From Octopus sinensis (lineage: Eukaryota): a stretch of DNA of 64,000 nt. The notes beneath the pieces were generated by a model. That model was given only the letters and a program-made list of their open reading frames with translations, was not told where the DNA came from and made no database searches. The stretch covers positions 184,512,001 through 184,576,000 of the forward strand of contig NC_042997.1 in assembly GCF_006345805.1 (NCBI RefSeq). Direction: 5' to 3'. This document shows positions 53,209-64,000 of this stretch, one piece after another; the first letter of the stretch is position 1, and each line of letters begins with the position of its first letter. The translations under genes and the position numbers were made by a program.

Positions 53209-54451
53209 CAGGAGTTGAACAAAATAATGGAAACACTTTAAAATTTCCAGCAAATTTATTTTAATATGGGGTAGGACCGCCTTTGGTTGTAATTATAGCT
53301 TGAATTCTACGCGGTATGGGTTCGCATGACGTTTGAATTGTTTCCAAAGGAATTTTTGTCTATATTTCAGCTAAAACAGTCTCCAGTTCTTGTAGTGATG
53401 ATGGTGAATGATATCGATTCCTTACTTGATTTTCTAAATTGCACCATAAATATTCAATAATATTGATATCTGGGGACTGAGGTGGCCAGATAAGATGTTC
53501 AACTTCACTAGTGTGTTCCTCGTGCCATTCAGTAACAACTTCAGCAGTGTGAATTGGCGCATTATCATCCTGAAAGATTGCGTTTCCGCAAACAGTTCCA
53601 CAACCATAGGATGAATTTGATCAGATAAAATGCTTAAATAGTCTTTACTATTAATTCTGCCATGAACGGAAACCAAGATATAGCCCCAGATATCATCACA
53701 GATCCTCCTCCATGTTTAACAGTTGAAAGAAGGCAGTCTGGGTCAAATGCTTCCTTTGGATGTCTTCACACGTATCCTCGGCCGGTGGTCGGAAATAAGG
53801 TACAGAATAACTCGTCTGAGAAAATAAGATTATTCTACTGTTCTAGGGACCAATTCTCTGGGTTTTTACTCCACTCTAAACGCTTTGCAAAGTTTGCTTT
53901 TGAAAGTAGTGGTTTTCTGATTACAGCTCTCCCGTGAAATCCGGTTTTGTGCAGCTCCCGGAAAACAGTTTTTGTGGAAACTGGGTTCTCGAGGTGGTCA
54001 TAAGCTCTGCAGTAATTTAGGGAGCTGTACTTTTGTGGTCCTTTCTAACAATTCACGTATGAATCCGACGGTCTCTATCTGAAAGTTTTGGTTTTCTTCC
54101 TGAATTTTGTGTCGATGAGGAGGTTTTTCACTCTTTCTCAAATGCTGTCATTACTTTCGAGACAGTACTTCTTGACACACCAAACACTTCGGCTGTTTTC
54201 GTTACGCTAGCGCCTGCCATACGAGCACCAAGAATTTGACCTCTTTTATAGATATGTCATTTTAATGAATTTTAATTACCTTTTTCTGATGATATCTGAA
54301 AAGAAACAGCAATTTTAGCAAAACATATTCAGCAACAGTAATAATAAGTAAAAATATTTATAAAAATAAACAAGCTTTTGACGGTTTTATAGATATTTCA
54401 AAATTATGATGCTATGATGCTAGGTGTTTCAATTATTTTGTCCAACCCCTG
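53209..54451 (-). mobile_element. Full-length Tc1 transposon (1243 bp) with both TIRs and TA target duplication
   Basis: TA|CAGGAGTTGAACAAAATAATGGAAACAC ... GTGTTTCAATTATTTTGTCCAACCCCTG|TA. Confidence 0.93.
53261..54260 (-). pseudogene. Tc1 DDE transposase, disrupted
   Basis: RGQILGARMAGAS, LIFSDE, VKHGGGSVMIWG, FQDDNAPIH, WPPQSPDINIIE, GGPTPY*; stops and frameshifts present. Confidence 0.92.
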
Positions 54452-55059
54452 TATCTGCTTATTGAGAGTAGAACAGGAAGCAAACTACAATACCTGCATA
54501 CAGCTACGACTGTATGCAGTCGGAAACGATATATGCCTTATGTAAAGAAGTTAATGATATAAGGAACCGGGATACCATGGGTTATATAAAACCCATATAA
54601 AAATGTTATAAAAATGTTTATTTTTACCACAAAATAGGATAAGCATGGTGTTTTGTTTAATATATTTTAAAATGGCAGTTACTCCACTCTGAATTCTCTG
54701 AATTTCGTTGCAGCATTATTAGAACAACAACAACCTAAGGAGATTATCAGCAATGCTTAAAACATATCTGAAGAACAATGTTATTGCAAACGTATTGTCA
54801 CATTGTGGAACCCGCTCGATTATGATTGATCCTAGCTATCTTTTCACTGGATCGTCCATAACGTGTACGATTCGTAGCATAAATGATTATAAACAGAGCC
54901 GGGTTTGATAGCAGAATTAATCTATCTAGTTCAATTAGAAACAGAGGATGTGACTCTGCATCGATATTTAGCACCCATTCTTCAGGTTATCGTCAAGATT
55001 CATCTCCAGACAATTGCTACAAAGAAAAAACGTCGTTTCCTAGAGATTCTTTGCACTAC

Positions 55060-55420
55060 AACTATAGTTTTGGTTCTCCAGCCATCACAGTGGCTGGTAT
55101 AGCACCTGCACCCAACACCAGAGCTGAAGGCACCTCCGAAAGGAGTGGGGGGGCGCCACGTCAAAACGGTAGAAGAGTAGGGGCCGAAACCGGACGTGGT
55201 TCCTCCTGATGATGTCTTGAGCTAACTGGATCCTAAAAAGGAGCTGTTGTGGTAGCAGACCACGAAACACAGTTGAAATTCCTTCCTATAACATACGAGT
55301 CACGCAGATATCCGTGGATGGTGTTGCAGTTCATGTTTACACAGCCACACAAGATTGAAATTGTTATGGCTTTATCAGGAAGAATATGTAGTGCTGACTG
55401 GAAATCGATGTGAAAACGGA
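55060..55420 (+). mobile_element. Possible degenerate 5' end of an RTE-like LINE
   Basis: GC-richer island; weak SYNIR (TxNVR-like) and IEIVMALS translation hints only. Confidence 0.25.
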
Positions 55421-57017
55421 ATTTCTTTTTGTTTCTTAGATTTTGATTTCATCAGTAACGCATGAAATGAAGTAACGATAACAATGGAAATGCTTAATCA
55501 CAGCTAAAGTGGCTTAAGATAAAAAGAAAAAAAAAGTTTTCCCTGAAATACGTGAGAAAGGTAGAAAGTACTTATACAATTTCAGTAGCCTTGCACTTTT
55601 GTCTAGTCGAAGCATATATCATTTCGGTTAGTTTATGAGAAAAATCGAATAAACCACAAGCGTCTAGTCTTCGTCAAACACATATAAGTAGGTTTGTTTC
55701 AAAGTGTGACGTTTTATTAGATATTATATCGTGAAAATTCGCTCAAGATTTGAACATAAACACCTATACTGTCTTTGTTTTATTATTAACTAACGCAACT
55801 CTCGTTCCGTATTAAGTGGAATGTGTTATAATTCCAGAATAGCGCTAAGAAACATCACATACGTACTTCCTATTGTTTAATGGTCATCGACATCTTGGAT
55901 GTTTTACTGGAAATTAATCGATATTCCCAACACATTATCAATATTTCCACTGAATAATATTTATAGCCATTCTGTGCGGATAATTCACCAATTTTCTCTT
56001 CTTTCAAGTTAAGTTGTCTAACAATTTTAGCTTCTGCTTTCATATTTCCACCTCTTCCCGACTCCACTTCCCGAACTTCTCCGTTCTTTCTTTCTTTCTT
56101 TCTTTTCTTGCTTTCATTCATTAATTTAACCCAGTATTATTTCTTTTTCTTTCTTTCTTTTATTCATTCGCTTATTGTTGCATTCTTCCTTTCATTTATT
56201 CATTAATTCTTTTTCTTTCTTTCTCTTTTCAACTCCGTCTAGCTATCAGTATAACTCTACTGATTCTCTCACATCCTCTCTATCACTTTTTCTCTCTGTT
56301 CTTTCCCTAGCCTTCTCTCTGTCTCTGTTTCTCTCTGTCTTTCTTAATCTTTCTCACTATCTATTTCATTTTCACTCTCATTCATGCTGGCCTTCTTATT
56401 GTTACTTAATCAAAAATCGAATTATATCCTTGGACACTTCTAAGAATTCAGAGACGATCGATTTATAAAGTTGTTATAAAAGAAGTTGAATTGGTTTATT
56501 AAGCTTTCTATAGAAAATATTCTATATCATACCTTTTATATCATTTGCTATAGAAATATTCTACCATGCTTTTATTTGCTACAGTGAATTGGTTATCAAT
56601 TTAGAAGCAATCTAGCAATTTGTCAGCAATCGAGGGCGTTCGGGTCAAATAACAGGCGCAATAATAGGATGAATTCAACAGAGGTTAGGACGAACATATT
56701 GCATACTGGGATAATAATGAAATCTTTCTCTCTGAACAGATAGAAAATATAGAGACTATCTTCGCGGATAAAATGAATATTAGATAAATATATAAATTAA
56801 AGAAAAAAAAAGTGGAAACAAAGTTGAACAAAGGAAAGCAAATTGGTAACATACTTTAAGTATTAAAATATACATACATGTATATAAACATACTCAGATA
56901 CATAGATACATGACAATATACATGCATACACACACACATACATACATGCATACATACATACATATACATACATACATACATACATGTGTGAGTATATATG
57001 TGTATGTATGTGTGTGC

Positions 57018-57053
<36 letters not shown>

Positions 57054-57519
57054 ACACACGCACATCCGAATATTCATAAATGCACACACTAGACGGCATA
57101 TAGACATATATGTGTGCGTGTATATATATACCGTATAATTATGTATGTGTGTAATCATATAAGTACGTATATGAGAACGTGTTTGTGTGTGTATGTATGT
57201 GTGTGTGTCTGTGTTTGTGTTTATGTGTGTGTGTGTGTTTGTGTATGACAGAGGGAGAAAGAGAGAGTGAGTGTGAGAGAGAGAGAAAGAGAGAGAGTAA
57301 TGCCAGTAATGAGGTTTACGATTTGATAACCTGTGACCAGGTTTCGAAAGATGATACTGTCGGTTTATTTCACTAGAGTCGTTAATTCTGATGTCACTTA
57401 TCATATTTTCCTCTCCTAAGATTAGCATACAAAAAAAAAAAAAAAAAAAACAAAACATTTCAAACATCTTCTCCAAAATTATGATAATTCTAAACAGGCA
57501 CAAAGCTAGAAATTTAACT

Positions 57520-57650
57520 TTGACTAGTACCGTGTTTCATAGGTTCGAAAAGGGCGAAAGGCAATGTTGACGTCGGTGGGGTTTGAACACAGAATGTAAG
57601 AAGGCGGTAAAAATGCCGGAGGGCAATTTATCCGACACTCTATCGATAAT
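57520..57650 (-). mobile_element. Old family-2 SINE fragment
   Basis: GAAAGGCAATGTTGACGTCGGTGGGGTTTGAACACAGAA resembles the family-2 head and core. Confidence 0.6.
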
Positions 57651-58032
57651 TTAATAATTTTCGTATTTCTATTCAAAATACGCTTACTATCATTATTGGG
57701 GTTATTTCAAAGGGTGATAATCAATCCTCGTCCAACAAGGATCCGCTTGAGAAAACAACGTATCAGTATTAAGAATCATAGTTATACACGCAATGGCCGT
57801 TGTATTTTCAGACGAAGGTAAGTATTCTTTGGCCAGCTATATAATTTCTTATTAACAGGAACCCTCGAAGACTATTCTGATCGTTGCTACTGTAAAGACT
57901 TCAAGCTATTTCTATTTCAATTTGACTGTCCCACATCCCTCACCAGTAATCTGAAATCGGTTTCACAGTAATCCTCAAGTTTAGCATGAATCTGATTTCA
58001 CAAACTAGTACTTACTAACTACTACTAACACC

Positions 58033-58263
58033 TATTTCTTTACTACCCACAAGGGGCTAAACACAGAGGGGACAAACAAGGACAGACATAGGTATTAAAT
58101 CGATTACATCGACCCCAGTGCGTAACTGGTACTTAATTTATTGACCCCGAAAGGATGAAAGGCAAAGTCGACCTCGGCGGAATTCGAACTCACAACGTAA
58201 CGCTGACGAAATACCGCAAAGCATTTCGCCCGGCGTGCTAACGTTTCTGCCAGCTCGCCGCCT
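58033..58263 (-). mobile_element. Young family-2 SINE with Tx1-like tail and TSD
   Basis: ACTACTAACACC at 58021-58032 and 58267-58278; Nin/Deu-like GCCTTTCATCCTTTCGGGGTC.ATAAATTAAGTACC. Confidence 0.9.
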
Positions 58264-58629
58264 ACTACTACTAACACCATCACCATCACGACCACAATTA
58301 CCTACTACTAATGTTCCTCCTCTTTCTACTATTGTAACTACTACTACTCTTCATCTTGTTGTGACTACATCCGCGACGACGACAGGAATAAAATGCTATG
58401 AATAAACTAAATGTTTTAAGGGGTTATTTTAAATCGATTCCCTTCTACCTCCCAGTAATCTGAAAACGACTTCAAGTTACCGGGTGACAATGCAGATTAG
58501 AGGTGAGCTGATATCGCTCCACAAGTGGCAGGAATACCAAAACTACTTATCACAAAACAGTATCAACAAAAGACAGCATCGGCGCTGTGCAAAATGGAAC
58601 AGTCTACAGACAATGTATAATTACGACTG

Positions 58630-58867
58630 ATTTAATATTTCTTTATTGCCTACAAGGGGCTAAACATAGAGGAGACAAACAAGGACAGACAAACGTATTA
58701 AGTCGATTATATCGACCCCAGTGCGTAACTGGTACTTATTTAATCGACCCCAAAAGGATGAAAGGCAAAGTCGACCTCGGCGGAATTTGAACTCAGAACG
58801 TAGGGCAGACGAAGTATTGCTGAGCATTTCGCCCGGCGTGCTAACGTTTCTGCCAGCTCGCCGCCTT
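58630..58867 (-). mobile_element. Young family-2 SINE with Tx1-like tail and 10-bp TSD
   Basis: ATTACGACTG at 58620-58629 and 58868-58877. Confidence 0.9.
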
Positions 58868-58957
58868 ATTACGACTGGTTTCTGTATATAGGCATAAGGC
58901 CAGAGGCAGCTGATTGCCATGCTGCCAGTATTTCTATCGTATTATATTTCATGAACA

Positions 58958-59253
58958 GTGGAGGCACATAGCCTAGTGGCTAGAGCAGCGGACTCGCGGA
59001 CGAGGGATCGCGGGTTCGAATCTCAGACCGGGCGATGTGTGTGTTTATAAGCGAAACACATAAGCTCCACTCGGTCCCTGCAGAAAGTAATGGCGAACTT
59101 CTGCTGACTCTTTCGCCACAGCTTTCTCTCACTCTTTCCTCCTGCATCTAGCAGCTCATCTGCGACGGACCGGCGTCCCGTCCAGGTGGAGAACCTATAC
59201 GCCAGGCATGGCCCTTATGAGCCTGGCATCGCTCGAGTAGGAACAAGCAACAA
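58958..59253 (+). mobile_element. Family-3 SINE (tRNA-Arg-like head, V-domain-like body) with 14-bp TSD
   Basis: ATATTTCATGAACA at 58944-58957 and 59254-59267; CTGCGACGGACCGGCGTCCCGTCCAGG core. Confidence 0.9.
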
Positions 59254-61599
59254 ATATTTCATGAACAAGCTAAGAACAAAATACAAAGTCGACATAGGTA
59301 AGATTTGAATTCAGTACGTTAAGAACCGCAATCGGATATTGTAAGTGATTTTGTCCAACATCCTGCTGATTCTGAAAATTCCACTGACTGTCAAATGAAA
59401 GGGCATAAAAATAAGATATGCGCATGCTTAAGTTACCAAAATAGCAACGCATTTTCCCTCTCCTATGTGACCGTATATATATTCGATTCTTTATGTTGCT
59501 TGTCTCGTTTCTGTGTTTGTTTTTTTCGTTGTTCGAAAAACGTTCGTTTTATAAGTTTTTATTTTTTATGTTCTCGTTTCTCATTCTGTCTACGTTTTTT
59601 GATGTTCTGTACCCATATATGCATATGTATATACATATATATATAGGTATGTACATATATGTATGTACATATGCATATATTCATATATTATTTATATTAT
59701 TATATGATCTGACGTCACGCATCCTTTTCCAAGTAAGTTTTATCTTAACAATTACGATTTCTGCCTAACTATCTCCCTCTCTTGTTGTTCTTCCTTTCTG
59801 CTTTTCTCTCCCAGCCTTTCCATATTCTTCTCCTCTCCCCTTCACCGCTCCCTCTCTCTCTCTCACTCACTCTTCCACCTTGACTCATTGCTCACACGTG
59901 ACCAACAACCATTCTTTCTTTCTTCCACTTCCTTCCTAAAGACAAGACGTGCTTTTGCCTGTCTCTTCTCAAAGCTCGTTTTTCCAGCGTTCACCACTTC
60001 ACATCGTCTTGGCTTAACAGCCCTCACCGTTTGTTTTTACTGTTTTGTTCTCACTGTCCTGTTTTTGTTACCATTTTTACCCTCCGCAAAAAAATTCCAA
60101 GTTTTATTTAATTTGCTTTTACTATCACCATTGTCCCAGACTGCTTCACCACCACCACCACCACCATCGCTTCCGCGTCTATCACAGCTACGGCTCATAC
60201 TATTACTATCACCCAATTACCATCACAACTGTCAATCTACTAATATCTCTATGCCTACTATTACTCTCACCCCAACATGAGCAATAGCAGGAGTGTCAAT
60301 GAATAGTGAGAGAGGGAGTCGAAGTGTGACACACGGACAGACAAATTCGTTTTCTTATATTAAATAAATATGGATCAAAACAGTTTGATTCAAATTCGTT
60401 GATACTCCGAATGTTTCAAGCGTGATCTATAAGTGTGCATGTGTGTGTGTGTGTGCATGTGTGTACACATGTATATTCGTGCATATCTACGCCACAACAT
60501 TCATAGCAAGTGTTGCCTAAAGACTAGTGGTTAACTGATTGGGTATTGGTTATATGACTGAAAAATACTTAGAAACATGCTATAACTAACTGTGGTGATG
60601 TCACAAGATTATGACAGTGCCTATATCAATGTGTGCAACCACTGCAATTTGGGAATAATGCGGCAAAATTCTGGAGACTGAGCTGAAACTTCCTCATTGC
60701 ATTTTACTTAAAAACGTTGTCACTCTCCATCCAAATTAACGCTATAACGCCCATTGTTAATTATTTATGCTTCAAATACTACGCTTTTATGAGGAGTAAA
60801 CGATAAAATTAAAAGCTTGGTCGAGTTCTAAGGCTTCTTTGTTTGAAGAACATTATTGCATGCATGCTATTAAAATATCTAGTAGTTGTTGTAGAATTAC
60901 TAACTTTGAATAAATTATGTACAGATGTAATTTTTTATACTAAGCATACAGCCATTCCCTTAAATAAGCTGAAAAAATTCCACAATAATTTTTCTTTTGC
61001 GCATGTTGATAATTTAGGGGATATAGAGTTAAAAGTTTTCTTTATTGCATTCCCTTTCATTGCAAAATATTTAGAGTGAAGTTGAAAAGCTTTATGCTGT
61101 GATCTTTGAATCAAAACCGTGTCGTTAAAAATTGTTGTGACTCTTTCTGTTTACACTTTTAAATACATGTTTAATGATATTCACATTCCTGACGATGTTG
61201 TTATTGTTGCTTAAATTCAAGTTCGCGCTTGTTTGAGCATGTCTATGATTAGAGGCATTCGAGTAGAGCAATGCCGCATATGATTTCATGCATAGTTATC
61301 TAAGACTTTACTATCCAAAGTGTTTTTCCCATTTTTGAAAGTGGGTCAAACATAGCTTGAGGGACGTTTAGCTATTTTTTCAGCAGACTGAGCAATTATG
61401 TTGAGTATCTCTCTTTCAAAATATATTTCTATACATAAATAGTTCTCGATCTATAACGAGTTCATCTGTTATTAATATATTTCTCATAAAATATCTTGCG
61501 ATAATTAGCTACAGCTCTTAACGTTCTGAGTTCGAAATAGCTTAAACCAATTTATCATCTTTCCGAGGACGAGTAGAGTCCAGTTCTAGCCAAGTATTA

Positions 61600-63310
61600 G
61601 ACACTGTTCAATCGAGTACCGCTCTATTTAGAGCTATGGAATGGCTGATGAAAATGCAATAATGATTGAAAGAGTTAATGTAACTGATAGGCAAAGTGAA
61701 ATACTCTCTGAATTAACCATAAACACTAAGGCAGATGAAAATCAAATAGACGAAGAATGTCACACAGAAGTTGACCCAAAAGAACTACATGATCTAAAAA
61801 ATAAAATCCTGATTGAATGGCTGAAAATTAAAGAGACAATTATGAATGAAAGCAACACTCTCCCCAAAATTCGCAATTCTAACCAAAACCTGAAAATAAT
61901 AGGTAAAATCCACCTTGCATTTAAGGATATAATTTCAGCTAATGATGTTGACATTACAGATCTCAACCACCTGTACTATGCATCTGCGAAAATCTCAACG
62001 ATTATATGTGGTGAAAAGATAAGAAAACGACAACATTCCCACAAAAAGCCTTCTTGGCAAAAAGCCTTCAACACCAAATTCAGTTACTTATGTCTGACAT
62101 AGAATATTTAAAAAGACCTTAAGTTTGACAAGACTATCAAACCTACAAAAGTATAATATGAAAACCATATTTGACATCGATACCACCATAGAAACCATCA
62201 AGCAAAAGGTATGTGCTAAGGAAGGTATGAAAAGCACGTTAGATTCTTCAAGGACAACAACATGTTTAAAAATAACCCCAAAAATTTTTACACGAAGAGA
62301 TGGAAAATACCAGTTACAGTAAAGTCTGTCCCATCAAAATAATTTCATGAATTTTGGAATAAAATTTGGGCAAAAAAAAAGCTCAATGAAAATTCCCTGG
62401 GATTGATAGAAGAATATCTACAGACTTAGACTCCTTATATGAGCAAAAGTGGGAGAGTATCAGGGTAGAGGATGTAAGATCTGCTCTCAGGAAGTGAAGC
62501 AAATGGAAGTCTCCAGGAAAAGATAAAATTCCTGACGTCTTGTTGAATGCCTTCCCAGAGAGCCATGAACTGCTAACAAAACTTTACAACAATATTTTGC
62601 AACAACCTAGTACGTAAAAAAGCTATGTTTATCAAAGGAAATAACAGAAACATCTAACGTTAACCTTTACCAGCAGAATTTCGTAAAGGAGTTAGAACCA
62701 GCGGAGAGCTACAAATACTCGCAATACCAGAGGGCGCACACTCTCCTACCCTGATGTAATCTCCAGGATACAGGCATCCAGCAACAGGACCTCCGTAATG
62801 CCATGATGGACCGTGAAGTCTGGCGTAGCATGGTAAATTCCATTGTCTCGACCACGGTCGAACAATCATGATGATGATGATGACAAATACCTAGGAGTAT
62901 TTGAAGGGGACGGAATCAAACATTCAGTGATGGAGAAAGGATCAAAATAAATATCGCAGGGTAAGAGCAATAGTCAAGACAGAGCTAAATGCAAGAAACA
63001 GGATCGAAGCGATCAATACTTTAGTCCTACCAGTCGTGACTTACAATTTCAATATCATTAACTGGTCAATTACTGAAATATGTAATCTTGACAGAAAAAT
63101 ACGAAGTTTGTTGACAATGCATAGAATGCACATCCCTAAGGCAGCTATAGAACGACTTTATCTGCCAAGAAAAGAGGGAGGCCGTGAACTTTTACAACTG
63201 GAAATAACAACGATCGTAGCCACAATTGACCCTAGACATCAACCTGAAAATCTCTGAGGACTGGATGTTAAAACTTGTCTCAAAACATGAAAACAAGAAA
63301 GCATCATACT
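61600..63310 (+). mobile_element. R4/Dong-clade LINE relic, RT core deleted, interrupted by an RTE insertion
   Basis: LPKI...LNHLYYASA...KPSW, KWKSPGKDKIPDVLL, ESYKYLG, TELNARNRIEAINTLVLPVVTY, RLYLPRKEGGRELLQLE; the segment between ~62635 and ~62650 skips the RT palm. Confidence 0.82.
62719..62882 (+). mobile_element. 5'-truncated RTE-type LINE 3' end with (TGA)n tail and 8-bp TSD
   Basis: Encodes DVISRDTGIQQQDLRNAMMDREVWRSMV (RTE-like C-terminus); ACAAATAC at 62711-62718 and 62883-62890. Confidence 0.82.
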
Positions 63311-63742
63311 ATTATTCTTTGAAAATTCTTTAATAGCCAAGTGTTGAGAGGAATTCTTTGGCGTTTGAATAATTCACCTCTGGAAACATGGGTGATTCGT
63401 TCAACGTCTTTACAACAAACCGTATTCAGGAACCTTTTGCACGAAATGAACTACTCAACCTGAAGAAAATTCTAATTGGACCCCAGCTGCAAGGACATGC
63501 GGTGTATATCTCGATATGAAATCACCACGTCACGCACATATGGTTGTGATGTATGTACCTGGTATACCCATATCAGACGAGTAGTCATGATGGTTATATT
63601 GGGTTTCATATAATTGTCGTTTAAAATATTTACATTTAAGTACATATATTATGAATATAATAACTAACAAAGACGTTGTGATAAGGATGAGTTCCTTGTT
63701 AAATAGCGAACCGTGTATAACTGACAGCATAGTACCAACAAA

Positions 63743-63782
<40 letters not shown>

Positions 63783-64000
63783 CGTATATACATGCATATT
63801 CGTATTCACACCCACGTAATTAGTAACCAATTCAAAGCCTTTCAAAAGACTTCGTTTAGAAACAAGGATGAAGAACTTACCATTTTGTTCTATATTAAAA
63901 TGTCCATACGTTCTAATATTTAAGAAGCTTTCATCACATTGTAAAAGCACTGACGCTATATTTCATTGCATTAAGGTGGCGAGGTGGAAGAAATGTCAGC

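Noticed and set aside
54798-55021. Solo LTR (TGT...ACA ends)
   Set aside because: No target-site duplication, PBS or PPT, and no second copy.
55180-55230. Hammerhead from GGCCGAAACCGG...CTGATGA
   Set aside because: Helices I and II do not pair, and the required U before the cleavage site is absent.

Overview
This is eukaryotic, very AT-rich DNA saturated with microsatellites and transposon relics. The SINE families and repeat landscape point to a coleoid cephalopod, most likely Octopus (recognition, not a database result). I cannot support any host protein-coding gene: most ORF-track entries are translated microsatellites, and the real coding signal is transposon-derived. Identified elements: a CR1-group LINE (5.86-9.1 kb); a Penelope-like element (PLE) forming a ~5 kb palindrome with a hammerhead-like motif in each arm (9.5-14.6 kb); Naiad-like PLE fragments (20.2-20.5 and 23.3-24.8 kb); an L1/Tx1-clade LINE (38.95-43.1 kb); R4/Dong-clade LINE pieces (48.2 and 61.6-63.3 kb); Tc1/mariner relics including one full-length Tc1; three MITEs; and several tRNA-derived SINE families. 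The strongest leads are three. (1) The Tx1-clade LINE sits inside (TATC)n arrays in all three copies, suggesting microsatellite target specificity. (2) A young SINE subfamily carries that LINE's ~50-nt 3' tail, a candidate SINE-LINE partnership. (3) The PLE palindrome and several variant hammerhead motifs, including one PLE end with a tRNA-like cassette next to a half-hammerhead. All alignments and folds were done by eye.
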